A stretch of DNA of 64,000 nucleotides. Source: Phyllosticta citribraziliensis. Its lineage: Eukaryota. The stretch covers positions 434,001 to 498,000 of the forward strand of contig NW_027117350.1 in the NCBI RefSeq assembly GCF_038025025.1, written 5' to 3'. Shown one piece after another: positions 13,124 to 24,348 of this stretch. The first letter of the stretch is position 1. Each line of letters starts with the position of its first letter. Under the pieces are notes generated by a model. That model was not told the origin of the DNA. It saw nothing but the letters and a program-made list of their open reading frames with translations, and ran no database searches. The position numbers and the translations under genes were made by a program.

Positions 13124-14374
13124 CTGTAAGAAGGCATTCAGGGCAAGGCGTTTTGCGAATGAAGGTCATGCGGGTCCATTATTTGCGGCATAATAACACG
13201 TTTTACGAGACTAGGAGGGATTCTGGGACTGCGAGTGTTGGGCGATGGCGGAGTGGTGCACTGCCGCCTCTTTTTTTGTCCTTTTCTACTTCTTCTTCTT
13301 CTTCTTCTTCCCTCCAGCCACGATTGGAGCGCCTTTTGCAAGCGATGAGAAAGAGTTGTTGCATGTGGGAGAGAGAGCAATGACGACGATGGGAAGGGTC
13401 AGGTCAGGTTTTTGGTTTTGGCAGCGCACGGGACCTGTAAATTAATCACCAGCCAGATGAGTGCCGCCACCCACGGGCGAGGCATGTTGACTCTACGACC
13501 AATGTACAATGAAGGACAACAAGTCCCGTCCATGGCATATGCCAAGGAGAGAGATGCGGGACACAGACCGAGAGCACCCTCCACTGCGGTCACCCAAGCT
13601 GGCGGGCGTCAGCGAGGTCGATAAGGCAGGGCGATAACGGCTCGAGGTGACCTGTGCGCCTGCACTTGCCCACCCTGCGCCCGCACCCGCGCCCAAGCCC
13701 CGCGAAGCATGACTGGACCTTACGAGTGACCATCTGCCTTGCATCCCCGAAACTGCTCTCCTACACCTCACCCTCGCAATCCCTTCCTTGGAACACTACA
13801 CTCCACTCACCTTTGGCAGCTCCTCTCCTGTCCAGTGCCTCTTTGACCCGCCTGCCGCTCTCGTCCTCGCTCATCCTTTTCCTTCTCCGCTTGCACAAAG
13901 AACTCTGATTGTTGCGGCGGATCAACTGCGGCTGCCCCCGCGAGCTCGGTCCTTTGCTTGACGACATCACCACCCACTCCGGTAGGCAGCGACGGGAGCT
14001 CCAAGCACAGGAACATCACCACCTCAACCACGGATCCCTCTCTCGGTAAGCCGACTAACCTTTCCACCTCTTCTCCTCGCTCCTCGTCCTCGCCCACATT
14101 CTTTCTGCTGGCTCCTCCTCAACTCCCCGCTTCACCATACACTCAACGCCCCCACCGACAGCGGCCGTGCCCATGTCCGTTCGCTTTCCCCATGGAGTAA
14201 GACGCTCGTAGCAGGCATCCCAAGAACCCCCGCTAACACCAACGCTGCCACATCAGACATCAAGACCTTTCTTCGAATGATCGAATCTTGACGTTTCTGT
14301 CCAACGCTCAACGTTTCAGCAAGACTCATTCCCCTTCGAACACAGCTGTGGCACACACCGCACCCGACCCCACA

Positions 14375-16522
14375 ATGGACCATGGAACGGGCCGAGAGAG
14401 CCCAAACGAGCTGGGAGGAGATGATTACGATATGCTGAGCGAGTCAGTTGCCGTCTCGGACGATGAGGCCGACACCATTTCCTCCTCGGACTTTGCCAAC
14501 GTTGGCCCAACTGGTGAGGATGTCTGCAGCGTCGTCGACGTTGACACCGACACTTCGACCGAGGACAATCTCTCCGGGGGTGAGGAGGATGAACCAGTCT
14601 TTCAGCCCTCAGACTCCAACGCGACCACCAGGGCCGACATTCGTACGCCCAGCGACTCGGTGTTTCACGGATCTGCCCCTCCCTTTGACAACGCGCAATC
14701 CGACAGGAACACTGAAGACCTATGCTTGACTCTGAGTGGCAGCTTCAACTACATCTCGCGGGGCAACAATGGTCCCTTCGGCCTCGGAAGCTTCGCCGAA
14801 CTTCGACTTGGAACTGCGCGGAACTGCATGACTTGGACTGGCCCTTTCCGCATCCAGTTCACTGGCTTCCCGCCGGACTCGGGCTTTTCCGCCAACCTCA
14901 AGGATCTCATCCAGAGGAAGATAGCATCTGCTCTCGATGCCGGACGCCCCGACTCTGACTACGAGCCAAAACGTCTTGCCGTTGTGAGGATTCCTGGATC
15001 CGACGTCGAGCTCGTTCCCACTTCTGAGATCTACATGGTTCCTGAAGAGTCTGATTCCTCGGAAAAGCAAACGCCAGATTTGGAAGTAGTCTTCCACGCT
15101 GCTGACCAAGACAACGCGGGATATGTCAGTGATCAAACGGCAGACCAAAATTCCAAGGTTCCAGTCCTGCACTTGGCTTTCGACGTTCCCGATAGCACCG
15201 GCCATGAGCAATTCCAACCTGGAAAGGGCAGCTTGCGTATCCTGGTGAGAAATGGCCAAGAACTGTCAACAATCCCCGCAACCCTTGAAGCTTTCTTCGA
15301 CCTGCATCCCGTATACCTCAACCGCCATCTTGCCTTCCTTGGTCTGGGCAGCGAGCAGAAACAAAAGGGCTCTAGGGTCCAGGATGAGCTTCAAGGAATC
15401 GCGGACAAGGCCAACTTCATCCGCCGGCAGGCTCACCAGGCCGCGCGATCCATCTGGGCCAACAGGCGGGCGCACATGCCAACCTTGGGGGCTGTCGTCT
15501 TGGGCCTCTTCTTGCTCTGGACTTGTGCAACGTTGAAAGATTCACTCGTGGGTAGCAGCCTTGAACTCAAGAATCCCAGTCCTACTACCAGCGATGCCAC
15601 GGCTCTCAGCTCAGCCATTGACGCCTTCTCGGGACGCAGCGCCACTCCGGATTGGAGCAGCGCTGTGCCATCAATGAGGCCAGACCAAGCTGCCATCGCC
15701 GCAAAACATGCCGAAAAGTCTTCTCGTATGGCTCCCATGGTCCACCCTTTCTCACCCAAGGCAAACGAATCCGACCAATTCAAGATTCACGTTATTGGAG
15801 ACTACCACTTTGTCCTTACGCCGCCCAAGGTATGGTCGAGCCTCAAGAGACCGCCTGTGCTGTCGATATCGGTCTCTCGTGGCAACCAAAAGATTCACCA
15901 TGAACACGACCAGCTCGTAGATGGCGTCTACGCCGTCAGTGTCGAGAGCAACGAGGCACACGGCATTCTCAACGTCTCCATCGCGACCACATCAAAGCCT
16001 CGAATCCAGCAAACACTCGAAGTCGACTTTGGATCGTCGTGGTTCAAAATGTCACGCTGGACTGGCGTCACGGAAAAGGCTCTCGGCGTGCTGAGGAGTG
16101 ACGTGACTGTTGCCCAGTCCAATGCGAAGAATACGTCTCTGCAACTCTTCAAGGGTTTCGAGGTTTTCAAGAGCATCACCAAGAATGTGACCGAAGACGC
16201 CGCCAAGTCCCTCCTCGTTGTCAAGGACAGGGCTCTGCAGCTCTTCGACCAAGGCGTCATGCGTGCCCAGCAGCAAGCCGGCGAGGTCCTCGAGGATCGC
16301 GCGCTTGTCCAACACGCCACAGAGGCGATTGCGGAAGTCAAGGAGTCGGCCAGAGAGAATGTGAAGAGGGCGCGCTCCAATGCCGCGGCAATCTACAACA
16401 AGATTTTCCCGGCGTCGAGGTATGAGGAAGTGAAGAAGAAGATCAAGAAGGATCGCCTTCGTGCCGAGCAAAAGGGCAGAAGGGCTTCTCGGGGCAAGGC
16501 GCGTCGCCAGGCCAAGCCGTGA
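14375..16522 (+). CDS. Uncharacterised single-pass membrane protein (acidic N-terminus, central TM, basic C-terminus)
   Basis: Long ORF with coding-like codon use; TM LGAVVLGLFLLW; first ATG at 14375. Confidence 0.8.
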   Translation: MDHGTGRESPNELGGDDYDMLSESVAVSDDEADTISSSDFANVGPTGEDVCSVVDVDTDTSTEDNLSGGEEDEPVFQPSDSNATTRADIRTPSDSVFHGSAPPFDNAQSDRNTEDLCLTLSGSFNYISRGNNGPFGLGSFAELRLGTARNCMTWTGPFRIQFTGFPPDSGFSANLKDLIQRKIASALDAGRPDSDYEPKRLAVVRIPGSDVELVPTSEIYMVPEESDSSEKQTPDLEVVFHAADQDNAGYVSDQTADQNSKVPVLHLAFDVPDSTGHEQFQPGKGSLRILVRNGQELSTIPATLEAFFDLHPVYLNRHLAFLGLGSEQKQKGSRVQDELQGIADKANFIRRQAHQAARSIWANRRAHMPTLGAVVLGLFLLWTCATLKDSLVGSSLELKNPSPTTSDATALSSAIDAFSGRSATPDWSSAVPSMRPDQAAIAAKHAEKSSRMAPMVHPFSPKANESDQFKIHVIGDYHFVLTPPKVWSSLKRPPVLSISVSRGNQKIHHEHDQLVDGVYAVSVESNEAHGILNVSIATTSKPRIQQTLEVDFGSSWFKMSRWTGVTEKALGVLRSDVTVAQSNAKNTSLQLFKGFEVFKSITKNVTEDAAKSLLVVKDRALQLFDQGVMRAQQQAGEVLEDRALVQHATEAIAEVKESARENVKRARSNAAAIYNKIFPASRYEEVKKKIKKDRLRAEQKGRRASRGKARRQAKP

Positions 16523-17073
16523 GGACCAACCATGGCTGGTGGCTCGCGATATTGCAAGGTCAGGCGTATCGGAACGGAGCATTTTGTCATTTCGAGGTGT
16601 TTTTGGGGGGACTGGCTGGAGTTTCTGACAGGACAAGGACCATGGGTGGTGCTAAAGACTACGGCCTGTAGCTTCCCATGAGAGCGTTGATTGTGATCGA
16701 GATTTGCACGGCTGGATTTGACGGGGAAGCAACGGATGGATCCTGGGGTGGCATCAAACAACCATAGAGATTTTCAGTCGTCAAATGCTATTCTCCATTG
16801 AAGCCGAGCGTCGCGGTGGCGGATGATGTGACTGATAAGATGCAATGCGATAGGCCAGCGCACGTGCCGCGCCCGCCGCCGCCAAGCACATTGTTTTGCT
16901 GGCTAACGAGGGGTCCCATCTGATCCTGCAAACCACCACCTCTCCCACCATACCTTCAATCGTCTCTTCGCCTTTCACGCGTCGCGGCACGTCACCACGC
17001 CATCCATCGACTTTCCACCTCGACCACCTCGTCCTCACCTCCGTCGAACCCGACTTTTACCGTCAAACAAAAA

Positions 17074-18027
17074 ATGGCTGAGCCGTCGTCGACCAAGCTC
17101 GACCCTGCCGAGCAGCAAAAGGCCGCAACCGAGCCGCAGCTTGCCAAGGATGAGACCGCAAAGCTAACTGCTGGCGCTTCCGAGGACAAGTCTGCCTCTG
17201 TCGCCGACAAGGCATCGAGCGCAGCCTCGGCTGCCACTTCGACCGTCAAGGACAACGTCTTCTCCATGTTTGGTGGCGGCCCGAAGAAGGAGAAGAAGGA
17301 GGAAGAGGTTGTGGATGAGCCCTCTGGGTCGAGCAAAGCGAAGAAGGACGACGAGGTGAGTTTTGGGTCCAGGTCGCGATGCGCCCACCTTTTGACTCAC
17401 AAGCTGACTTTCTTCCTCTTTCTTGGCCAAGCAGGAGGACTCGCCCGAGAACCACGAGCCCGACGTCCAGTTTGAGCCCGTCGTCCGCCTGACAGAAAAG
17501 GTCGAGACCAAGACCAACGAGGAGCTCGAGGAGCAGGTCTTCAAGATGCGGGCCAAGCTCTTCAAGTTTGACCGCGAGAGCAAGGAGTGGAAGGAGCGCG
17601 GAACTGGCGACGTCCGCCTGCTCAAGCACAAGGAGAATGGCAAGACTCGTCTTGTGATGCGCCGTGACAAGACGCTCAAGGTCTGCGCCAACCACTACGG
17701 TATGTGCCATCTCAGGCTTGCGTGGCGCGCGAGAAGATGCTGACCGTGTTGTAGTCGTTCCGGACATGAAGCTCTCGCCCAATGTGGGCTCTGACCGTTC
17801 TTGGGTTTGGAATGCTGCTGCCGACGTCAGCGAGGGTGAGCCCGAGGCTCAAACTCTGGCCATTCGCTTTGCCAACAGCGAGAGTAAGAAGCAACATTTT
17901 CCCACCAAATGCGCTCCGGCTGACCTCCTCCACAGACGCCAACCTTTTCAAGGAGGCATTCATCAAGGCCCAGCAGGAGAATGAGACCCTGTTCAAGACC
18001 GGCCTCGAGCAGCCCGCTGCCGAGTAA
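17074..18027 (+). CDS. YRB1: Ran-binding protein 1
   Basis: RanBD motifs [35 protein letters not shown] and SDRSWVW. Introns 17356-17434, 17700-17754 and 17884-17935. Confidence 0.96.
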
Positions 18028-18781
18028 ATCGACCGCAGATTTGCATCTCGCCCGAAGACGCCAGCTCCACGCGACGACCCCACCGTTCCTCACTCCGACG
18101 CGGCCTGCAGCCAGCTGTAGCGCAAATGTGCTGCGAATTCTCCCGTAACCCCGTTTCCCCACCAGTTGCTGGTTTCCTATTATTCGACAAATCCCCTCCT
18201 AGCACCTTCAATTGCCCCAATCTCACGCCATGTCGCACATCCTACAGCCTCGAAGCTTGCGCTCTTGCCAGGATGGAGCGGGCCAAATCAAACTCTACAT
18301 TCGTTGCTGGAAAGCATGGTCATTGGTGTCGGGAGATGACAGCTTGGGAAGCACGGTAGATAGAGAGCTGTCCATACCATGAATGAACCAAATCAAATCG
18401 ACGGAGAATGCTGTAATTTGCTGGCGCTGGTGATGTGTGCTCGTATTTGTGAAACTGCGGAAGCGCATGGTAGATTTTTTCGTGAAAGCATGACGCATGC
18501 CGGCAGCAGTTTGCCAGGAAAGCGTGGCGTCGAACGGCCTTTGCTTTGGCAACCATCGTGAAGCGTCCGTGCTACCATGAATCCGCGCGCGTCAAACCGC
18601 CCACCCCACCACGACCACACCGGCGACCAACTCTGCCGCCGCCAGATCTTGTACCTCTCCTCACCACCAACCGCATTGCCCCTCTTCAGCGACCAGTCAC
18701 GCGATTAGATCTCTCACCTTTCATCAACCCTCTCGTCCATTTCGACTCTCCACATCGCAAAACAAAAGCACAACCGCCATC

Positions 18782-20079
18782 ATGCCCGACGTGAGTAGCG
18801 CGCACCGGAGCTCCCATTGAGCAGTACCACCCCGATATGGGTGCTAACGCCAGGCGTCAGGTTAAACGTACAATCAAGATCATCACCAAGCAGACGACCA
18901 CGTAAGTCCCACGCGCCCGTCGTGCTGGCCGCGCTCGCATGCCCGACGCCGGAAGCTGTCCGTGCCCATCTTCCTCCCTCCGCGCCGGATCACAGAGCAG
19001 CTCGCAGCAGCCAGCGGGGAAGAGGGCTTGGCGCAACCCCAAGCACTCGACGGGAACAAACATTATGCGTCTCCTTGGATGCGTACAACATGTGGCCGAG
19101 GGCAGGGCTTTGGCTAACAGCTGTGGTTGTCGCTTTGTAGGGACAAGCCGCAGGTCATGGAAGGCTTCCCGATGCGCGAGTGGAATATCGAAATATGGCT
19201 GCTCAACGACGCGGGCGAGGAGGTTCCGGCCACTTGCTTCGAGAAGGCCGTCTACCGCCTGCACCCTTCGTTTGACAAGCGCGCCGTTCAGAGTACGTTG
19301 ACACCACCGCACAAGCACGGCAGAGGAGGGCGGATAGCAGTCAGCCGGCGCAGAAGCCCGGATGGGTCTGACAGGCTACCCTTCTGCCACTGTTATTGGA
19401 AACATGAAGCTAACCGCTCGTGTACAGCGAAAAAGCAGCCGCCGTTCCGCATCGAGGAGGAGGGCTGGGGCGAGTTCGAGATGCAAATCACGCTGACGGC
19501 CGTCGGCAAGGGCGGCGACCACACGGTCGAGCACGACCTCAACTTTGGCTCCGAGCGCTACGAGTCCAAGCACAACATTGTCTTCAAGAGCCCCAAGCCA
19601 GAGCTTCTGGCCGCGCTGCGCGAGTCGGGCCCCGTGGGCGAGGAGAATGGCGCTAGGAGTCGCAGCTCCTTGCCGAGCGGCAAGAAGAGGAAGGACAAGA
19701 CTGTGAGTTTTCCCTCGTTGCGCTCCCAGGCGGGTTGCGCGCGTTGTATTGTGGGCATGCAGAATTGGATATATTCGCTGACCAGGGCGCGTACGCCAAC
19801 AAGGTCGACATGGAGAAGCTGGCAGACGGCCTGCAGAAGCTTGGAGAGGACGACCTGCTCCAGGTCGTCCAGATGGTGCACGACAACAAGACGAATGATA
19901 CGTACACCAAGAACGATGTTGAGGGTAAGCTTGCCACTCTTCCCCGGTTGTCGCGATTGGTGCCCATGTAGCTGACCTGCGGCTTTACAGCTGGCGAATT
20001 CCACGTCGATCTCTACACCCTCCCGGATCAGCTCGTCAAGATGCTCTGGGACTTCACGGCGGCGCGCGTTGATATGTAA
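18782..20079 (+). CDS. TAF14: YEATS/ET domain protein Taf14
   Basis: MPD|VKRTIKI, GFPMREW, YRLHPSF, PPFRIEEEGWGEF and VDMEKLADGLQKL...GEFHVDLYTLP. Introns 18791-18860, 18902-19140, 19293-19427, 19703-19803 and 19925-19990. Confidence 0.95.
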
Positions 20080-21432
20080 ATGCGCAGCAGGAGAAGCAGC
20101 GGCCACTCCACGGAGAACAGAGACAACAAAAACGGACGAACGAGCGAGCGAGTCCAAAGGCGGCAGTGGCGCAGTTTGAGCTGCATGAGCAACCAGAGCT
20201 CGCCGAACAAGGGAGGAAGCAGTCTTGATTGAATGGAGGAGAAGCAAAAAAACAAGCTCGACAAAACCAACAAAAAAACAGAAAAGGGAGAGCAGCAGGG
20301 GGCAAATGGAGGAAGAGAGGAAGAAACCGTCTATCGGGAGCACCCAGAAACACCCCATTTGCAGCACGCACCCCTCGACACTCACAGTATCCCCTCAATT
20401 GCAGGAGAGATGTGGAGTTGCAAGCATCATGACCGTAGCTACCTACCCTCCCTCACACCCACGCATCCACCCACCTGCCCAACCACTCACGGTACCTGGC
20501 CTTGGTACCTATCTACCTACCTTACATCCCTCACAACGGCATCAGCGGCTCAAACCTCCTACGGGGCTTACTACCACCACCACCACCAACCAAACACATC
20601 AGCCGCTGCTGCTTCGATTGGATACCCCCACCCCCAAACAACCACCACACCAACCAAATCCTGAAGTTCTTTTTTGCTCTATCTCTTCTCTCTCTCTCTT
20701 TCTTTTTTTCTGCGTTTTGATGGTGCTTAGAGGGGAGAGGAGAGGTGGATGTGGGATGGTGAGTGGAGATGCAGGGTAGAGGACGTAGGGAAAAATTCAA
20801 CGATACTTTTTTACCTTTTCACCGGTCGCTGCCGGATTTTGGGTTGTGCGTGGTTTGTGGTGCTGGTTGTGGTTGTTGTGGTCGTGACGCGTTTGGTTGT
20901 TCGGTTGATTGGTTGCTTCGTTTGAATAAATTGGCAAGGGATGACGGGTAAGAGCGGTGGAGGAGGGGGGAACAGTGACGTCTGTTGATGTCCTCGTTGC
21001 TGTAAGCAGTGCAGACTGAAGAGGTGCGCTCGAAACGCTTTGCGGCAGTGATGGTAGGAGATTTGGTCCAATGTGCCGTGTAGATCAAATGCCGCCCATA
21101 CAAAAGTTCGCTCGAGCATCGCCGGCAAGGAAAAGCGAGGGTCATGTAGATGATGTGATTTTTCGAAGTTACAGAATGGATGAGTTGGTATAACTGGTGC
21201 CGCCCCGGTCGTTGGCACTTTTTGGCCCAAATAAACCCCACAGCTCCTACTCCAAATTCGAACTGAGATGCAAAAAGAAGCTGGGAAGGTAACAAGAAAC
21301 CGCGAAATCGAGCCCTGCCAACCGCTCAACGCACATACAAGGCCAGACGCGCTGCTCTCTTTCCTGCAAACCCTTCCCAAGCCACCCGCAGCCAACCATC
21401 CCCCTCCGCACCCACTCTAGTAGCCTCCGCAC

Positions 21433-22590
21433 CTAGACAACCCTCGGCCGTTTGCGGGCAAGTACCGCTATGCGGCAGACGGCCTCGCTTCTGGCGCGGC
21501 GCGGCAGCCTAGACGACATGGGCTCCGGCGCCTTGGTCCACAGGCCCCAAATCAACTTGTCGACCGGCTTGATGCGCAGTTTGATGTGCGCTTTGGGGAC
21601 TTTGGCGGCGTTGCGCGCGTTGGTGCAGGTGCGGCGGCGGAAGGTGAGCAGTTGGACTTCTTTGGCCCGGGCCGAGGCGAGGAGAGGGGCGTCGGAGAGG
21701 ACGGCGGCGATGTGGTTGGGGATGAGTGAGAGGAGTTCGGCTTTGTCGGATGCCGAAGAGAGGCTTTTCCCATGCTGTCGAGCGAACTCAAGCTTTGGGA
21801 TGCGACTATCCCACGAATAAATTCTGTAATTACAGCAAACCTCTGTCTTAATTGAGAAAACCTTCGAGAATCTGTTCCCAAGCTTTGCAGTGAGATTGGA
21901 GGCGCCTGACAGAATGGCTCCAGTGGCAGCGAAAATCGACATTGCGAATTCCTCCATTTGATACGTTATGGCCATTCTATTGATGGTGATGTGCGTCAAG
22001 CGGTTTAGGGGGGACAGAAGGTCCAGCTTGCGCACGTCTGTCAATAGACGCGTCTGGGTGTAGTCCCGGGACTCCGTGTTCGTGAGGCACACACGTCTAA
22101 TGCGCGAAATAGCAGCGTCGTACTCGGCAAAAAAGGTGTCGTCATGGGAGCCTCCCAAAAACAAAGGGTTCAGGAAGTGGTAAAGAGCGTGCCACGAGCC
22201 ATCGAACTCCCATATGGTCTGCGCGTAAAGCGCTTCTTTCACTTCCGAGTACCACGTCTTGCTCAGCCGGGCAAGAGTCATGATGAATGAAAGCGAGCCG
22301 TCCCGAAGGCCCAAATTGAATCCGTGATTCTCTATTCCAGTTTGACATTTCTTGGTAACAGACATCATGGACGGCACTGCGTTCTTGATGAATTCAAGCC
22401 AAATCGCTGTGGGAATGGACCGGCTCTTTTTGGAATCTGCAGGGCGACTGTTTCCCATATTGAAAGTCAACTTGGGGTGTGGTACGAATATTTTGCGTAG
22501 AGGGAGTTGCGGTATATCGTCCTCGAAACGAACGCGATACTCTGTGTCGGAGGTCCAGTTTGTTTTCTTTTTGGAACGGCGAGGCGCCAT
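21433..22590 (-). CDS. Hypothetical protein (385 aa)
   Basis: ATG-initiated ORF with globular-protein composition; no family recognised. Confidence 0.55.
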   Translation of the reverse strand: MAPRRSKKKTNWTSDTEYRVRFEDDIPQLPLRKIFVPHPKLTFNMGNSRPADSKKSRSIPTAIWLEFIKNAVPSMMSVTKKCQTGIENHGFNLGLRDGSLSFIMTLARLSKTWYSEVKEALYAQTIWEFDGSWHALYHFLNPLFLGGSHDDTFFAEYDAAISRIRRVCLTNTESRDYTQTRLLTDVRKLDLLSPLNRLTHITINRMAITYQMEEFAMSIFAATGAILSGASNLTAKLGNRFSKVFSIKTEVCCNYRIYSWDSRIPKLEFARQHGKSLSSASDKAELLSLIPNHIAAVLSDAPLLASARAKEVQLLTFRRRTCTNARNAAKVPKAHIKLRIKPVDKLIWGLWTKAPEPMSSRLPRRARSEAVCRIAVLARKRPRVV

Positions 22591-24348
22591 GGCTTAAGAA
22601 GCCGCCGGCGCTGGCGCAGAATTTACACGTTCGGCGGGGATGAAGTGCTGGAGGGGCATTGAGAAAAACGCAGACTGGAGACTGGCAGCAGTAAAAGGAC
22701 ACTGGTGGTGAATCAACACACGCCGTCGCGGCCATGGTCCTGCAGAGAGAAGATGTTGTTGGAAGGGGACTGGTACGCCAATGGCTCTATGAGTGAATGA
22801 TGTCTACGAAATTCCGAAATAGAAAGAATCTGCCAGCGATGAGCAGCGACGGTAAGCAGAATATTCCAAACTCCGCTCATCTTCCCCTTTCGTGTTTCTT
22901 GGAGAGGAAATGAGAGGGTCAGAAGCAATCGGCAGAGACTGGTTCGAAAAAAATCACCTCACCAATACAGGGAGAAGCGAGCCAGCGTGGTCGCAGGCAG
23001 TCATCAGGCTAGATTCGTGTCTGCCACCAAGGAGATTTGTCCCAAACCGAAGGTCGTCAGCACAGAGGATTGCGGGGTTGGCGTGGGACTCTGAATTGAG
23101 CCAAGGGTGTCTCCAAGTCCTTGGCTCAATTTTGAAGCGGTTGGTTGCTGGCACTGCTTTCGACAGTAGCGGTAGCTTATGTCTGGCCCCGACATGCAGA
23201 AGGCCACTCTGCTTCTTCACCCATTGCTTTTTGTTAGAACTCGCCGAGGCGTTTTTCTCCCGCAAAAATGAGAGTTGATGGCAGCGAATCTTGTCAGGAG
23301 ATGAGCTTGGATTCGTGGAGCCTCTCGTGTATGTAGGCCATGGAAAGTGGCGAGAGCAAGCAGATGAAAAGCTGACGGTGCTCGTGTTGTGTTAAGGTTA
23401 GGAGGGGATTGCTCGGGACGCCCCGGCGGCGTCTCGGCTGCGGAGCGGCTAATCTTACCTTAATTTCAACCACGTTACAGCAAGCCAGGCCTGAAAACCG
23501 CAATCACGCCCTCTGCTCTCCAAAACACCATCGTCGGCCTTGGAGAGTCGACATCTTGGCCAGAACTTCTCCGCAAACGGCATTCTAGCTCAACACCAAG
23601 ACCAGCTTGGAGATAGTCCAGCGACAATGTTTGGTCCTGGCCGCCGCCATCTTCATCAAAGTCTCTTACTCCGGATCCTCTAGTGCAGTTTCCGCTTCAG
23701 GTTGCACAATCGCTTGCGAACCACGGACCAATGTGGCGTCTTGGGGTCGGAGAAATCCAGCTGAGCTGAAGGCGCGCTGTTGGGGCCCCGGCCAGATGCC
23801 ACAACAAGCGACCAAGACCGATTTACGGGGTCGCTTCGAGGTCCCCATGCACGTGGCAGACCACGCCGAGCTCTTTTAATCCATTTAAGGTAATGGGCGC
23901 AGCTCGCCATTGGTCCGTCGTCTTTCTTCTGGACTGGCTGATCTACTAGCCCGCAATACTAGGGTCAGGGGAGAGTCCCTCTCTGATCCTTTGCTAACCC
24001 CATCAGGATGCTTGGACATACTCATGAGTGTAAACAACCGGGCTCGAAGACGCCATATGCACGCCACGACAGTGCCGTATACCTTCTGGTGAAAACGCCA
24101 AGTCTTGCCTGCCTCGAAATAGACCTGTGGAACGACAATGCACCGATGGGGGTCATGCCACTCAGGGCTACAATAACGATGCTTTTCCCCCACAATGGCC
24201 TTATACACCGCAGAGCCACCGACCACATCACTCACTACCGCACAGTCTTTTTCGGGGTTGCGCTCCAGGAACACAAGGGTTTTGAGCCCTTTCCTTCACT
24301 CTCTAATTTGTTCTCACCACTCGCTTGTGTGTAATTTGTCAGTACGAT

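Noticed and set aside
17429..17437. NAGNAG acceptors in YRB1 intron 1 (also the in-frame alternative acceptor at 19785 in TAF14)
   Set aside because: Common, and with minimal effect on the protein.
21140..21272. Possible C/D box snoRNA (ATGATGT...CTGA)
   Set aside because: Imperfect C box and no rRNA-complementary guide that I can recognise.
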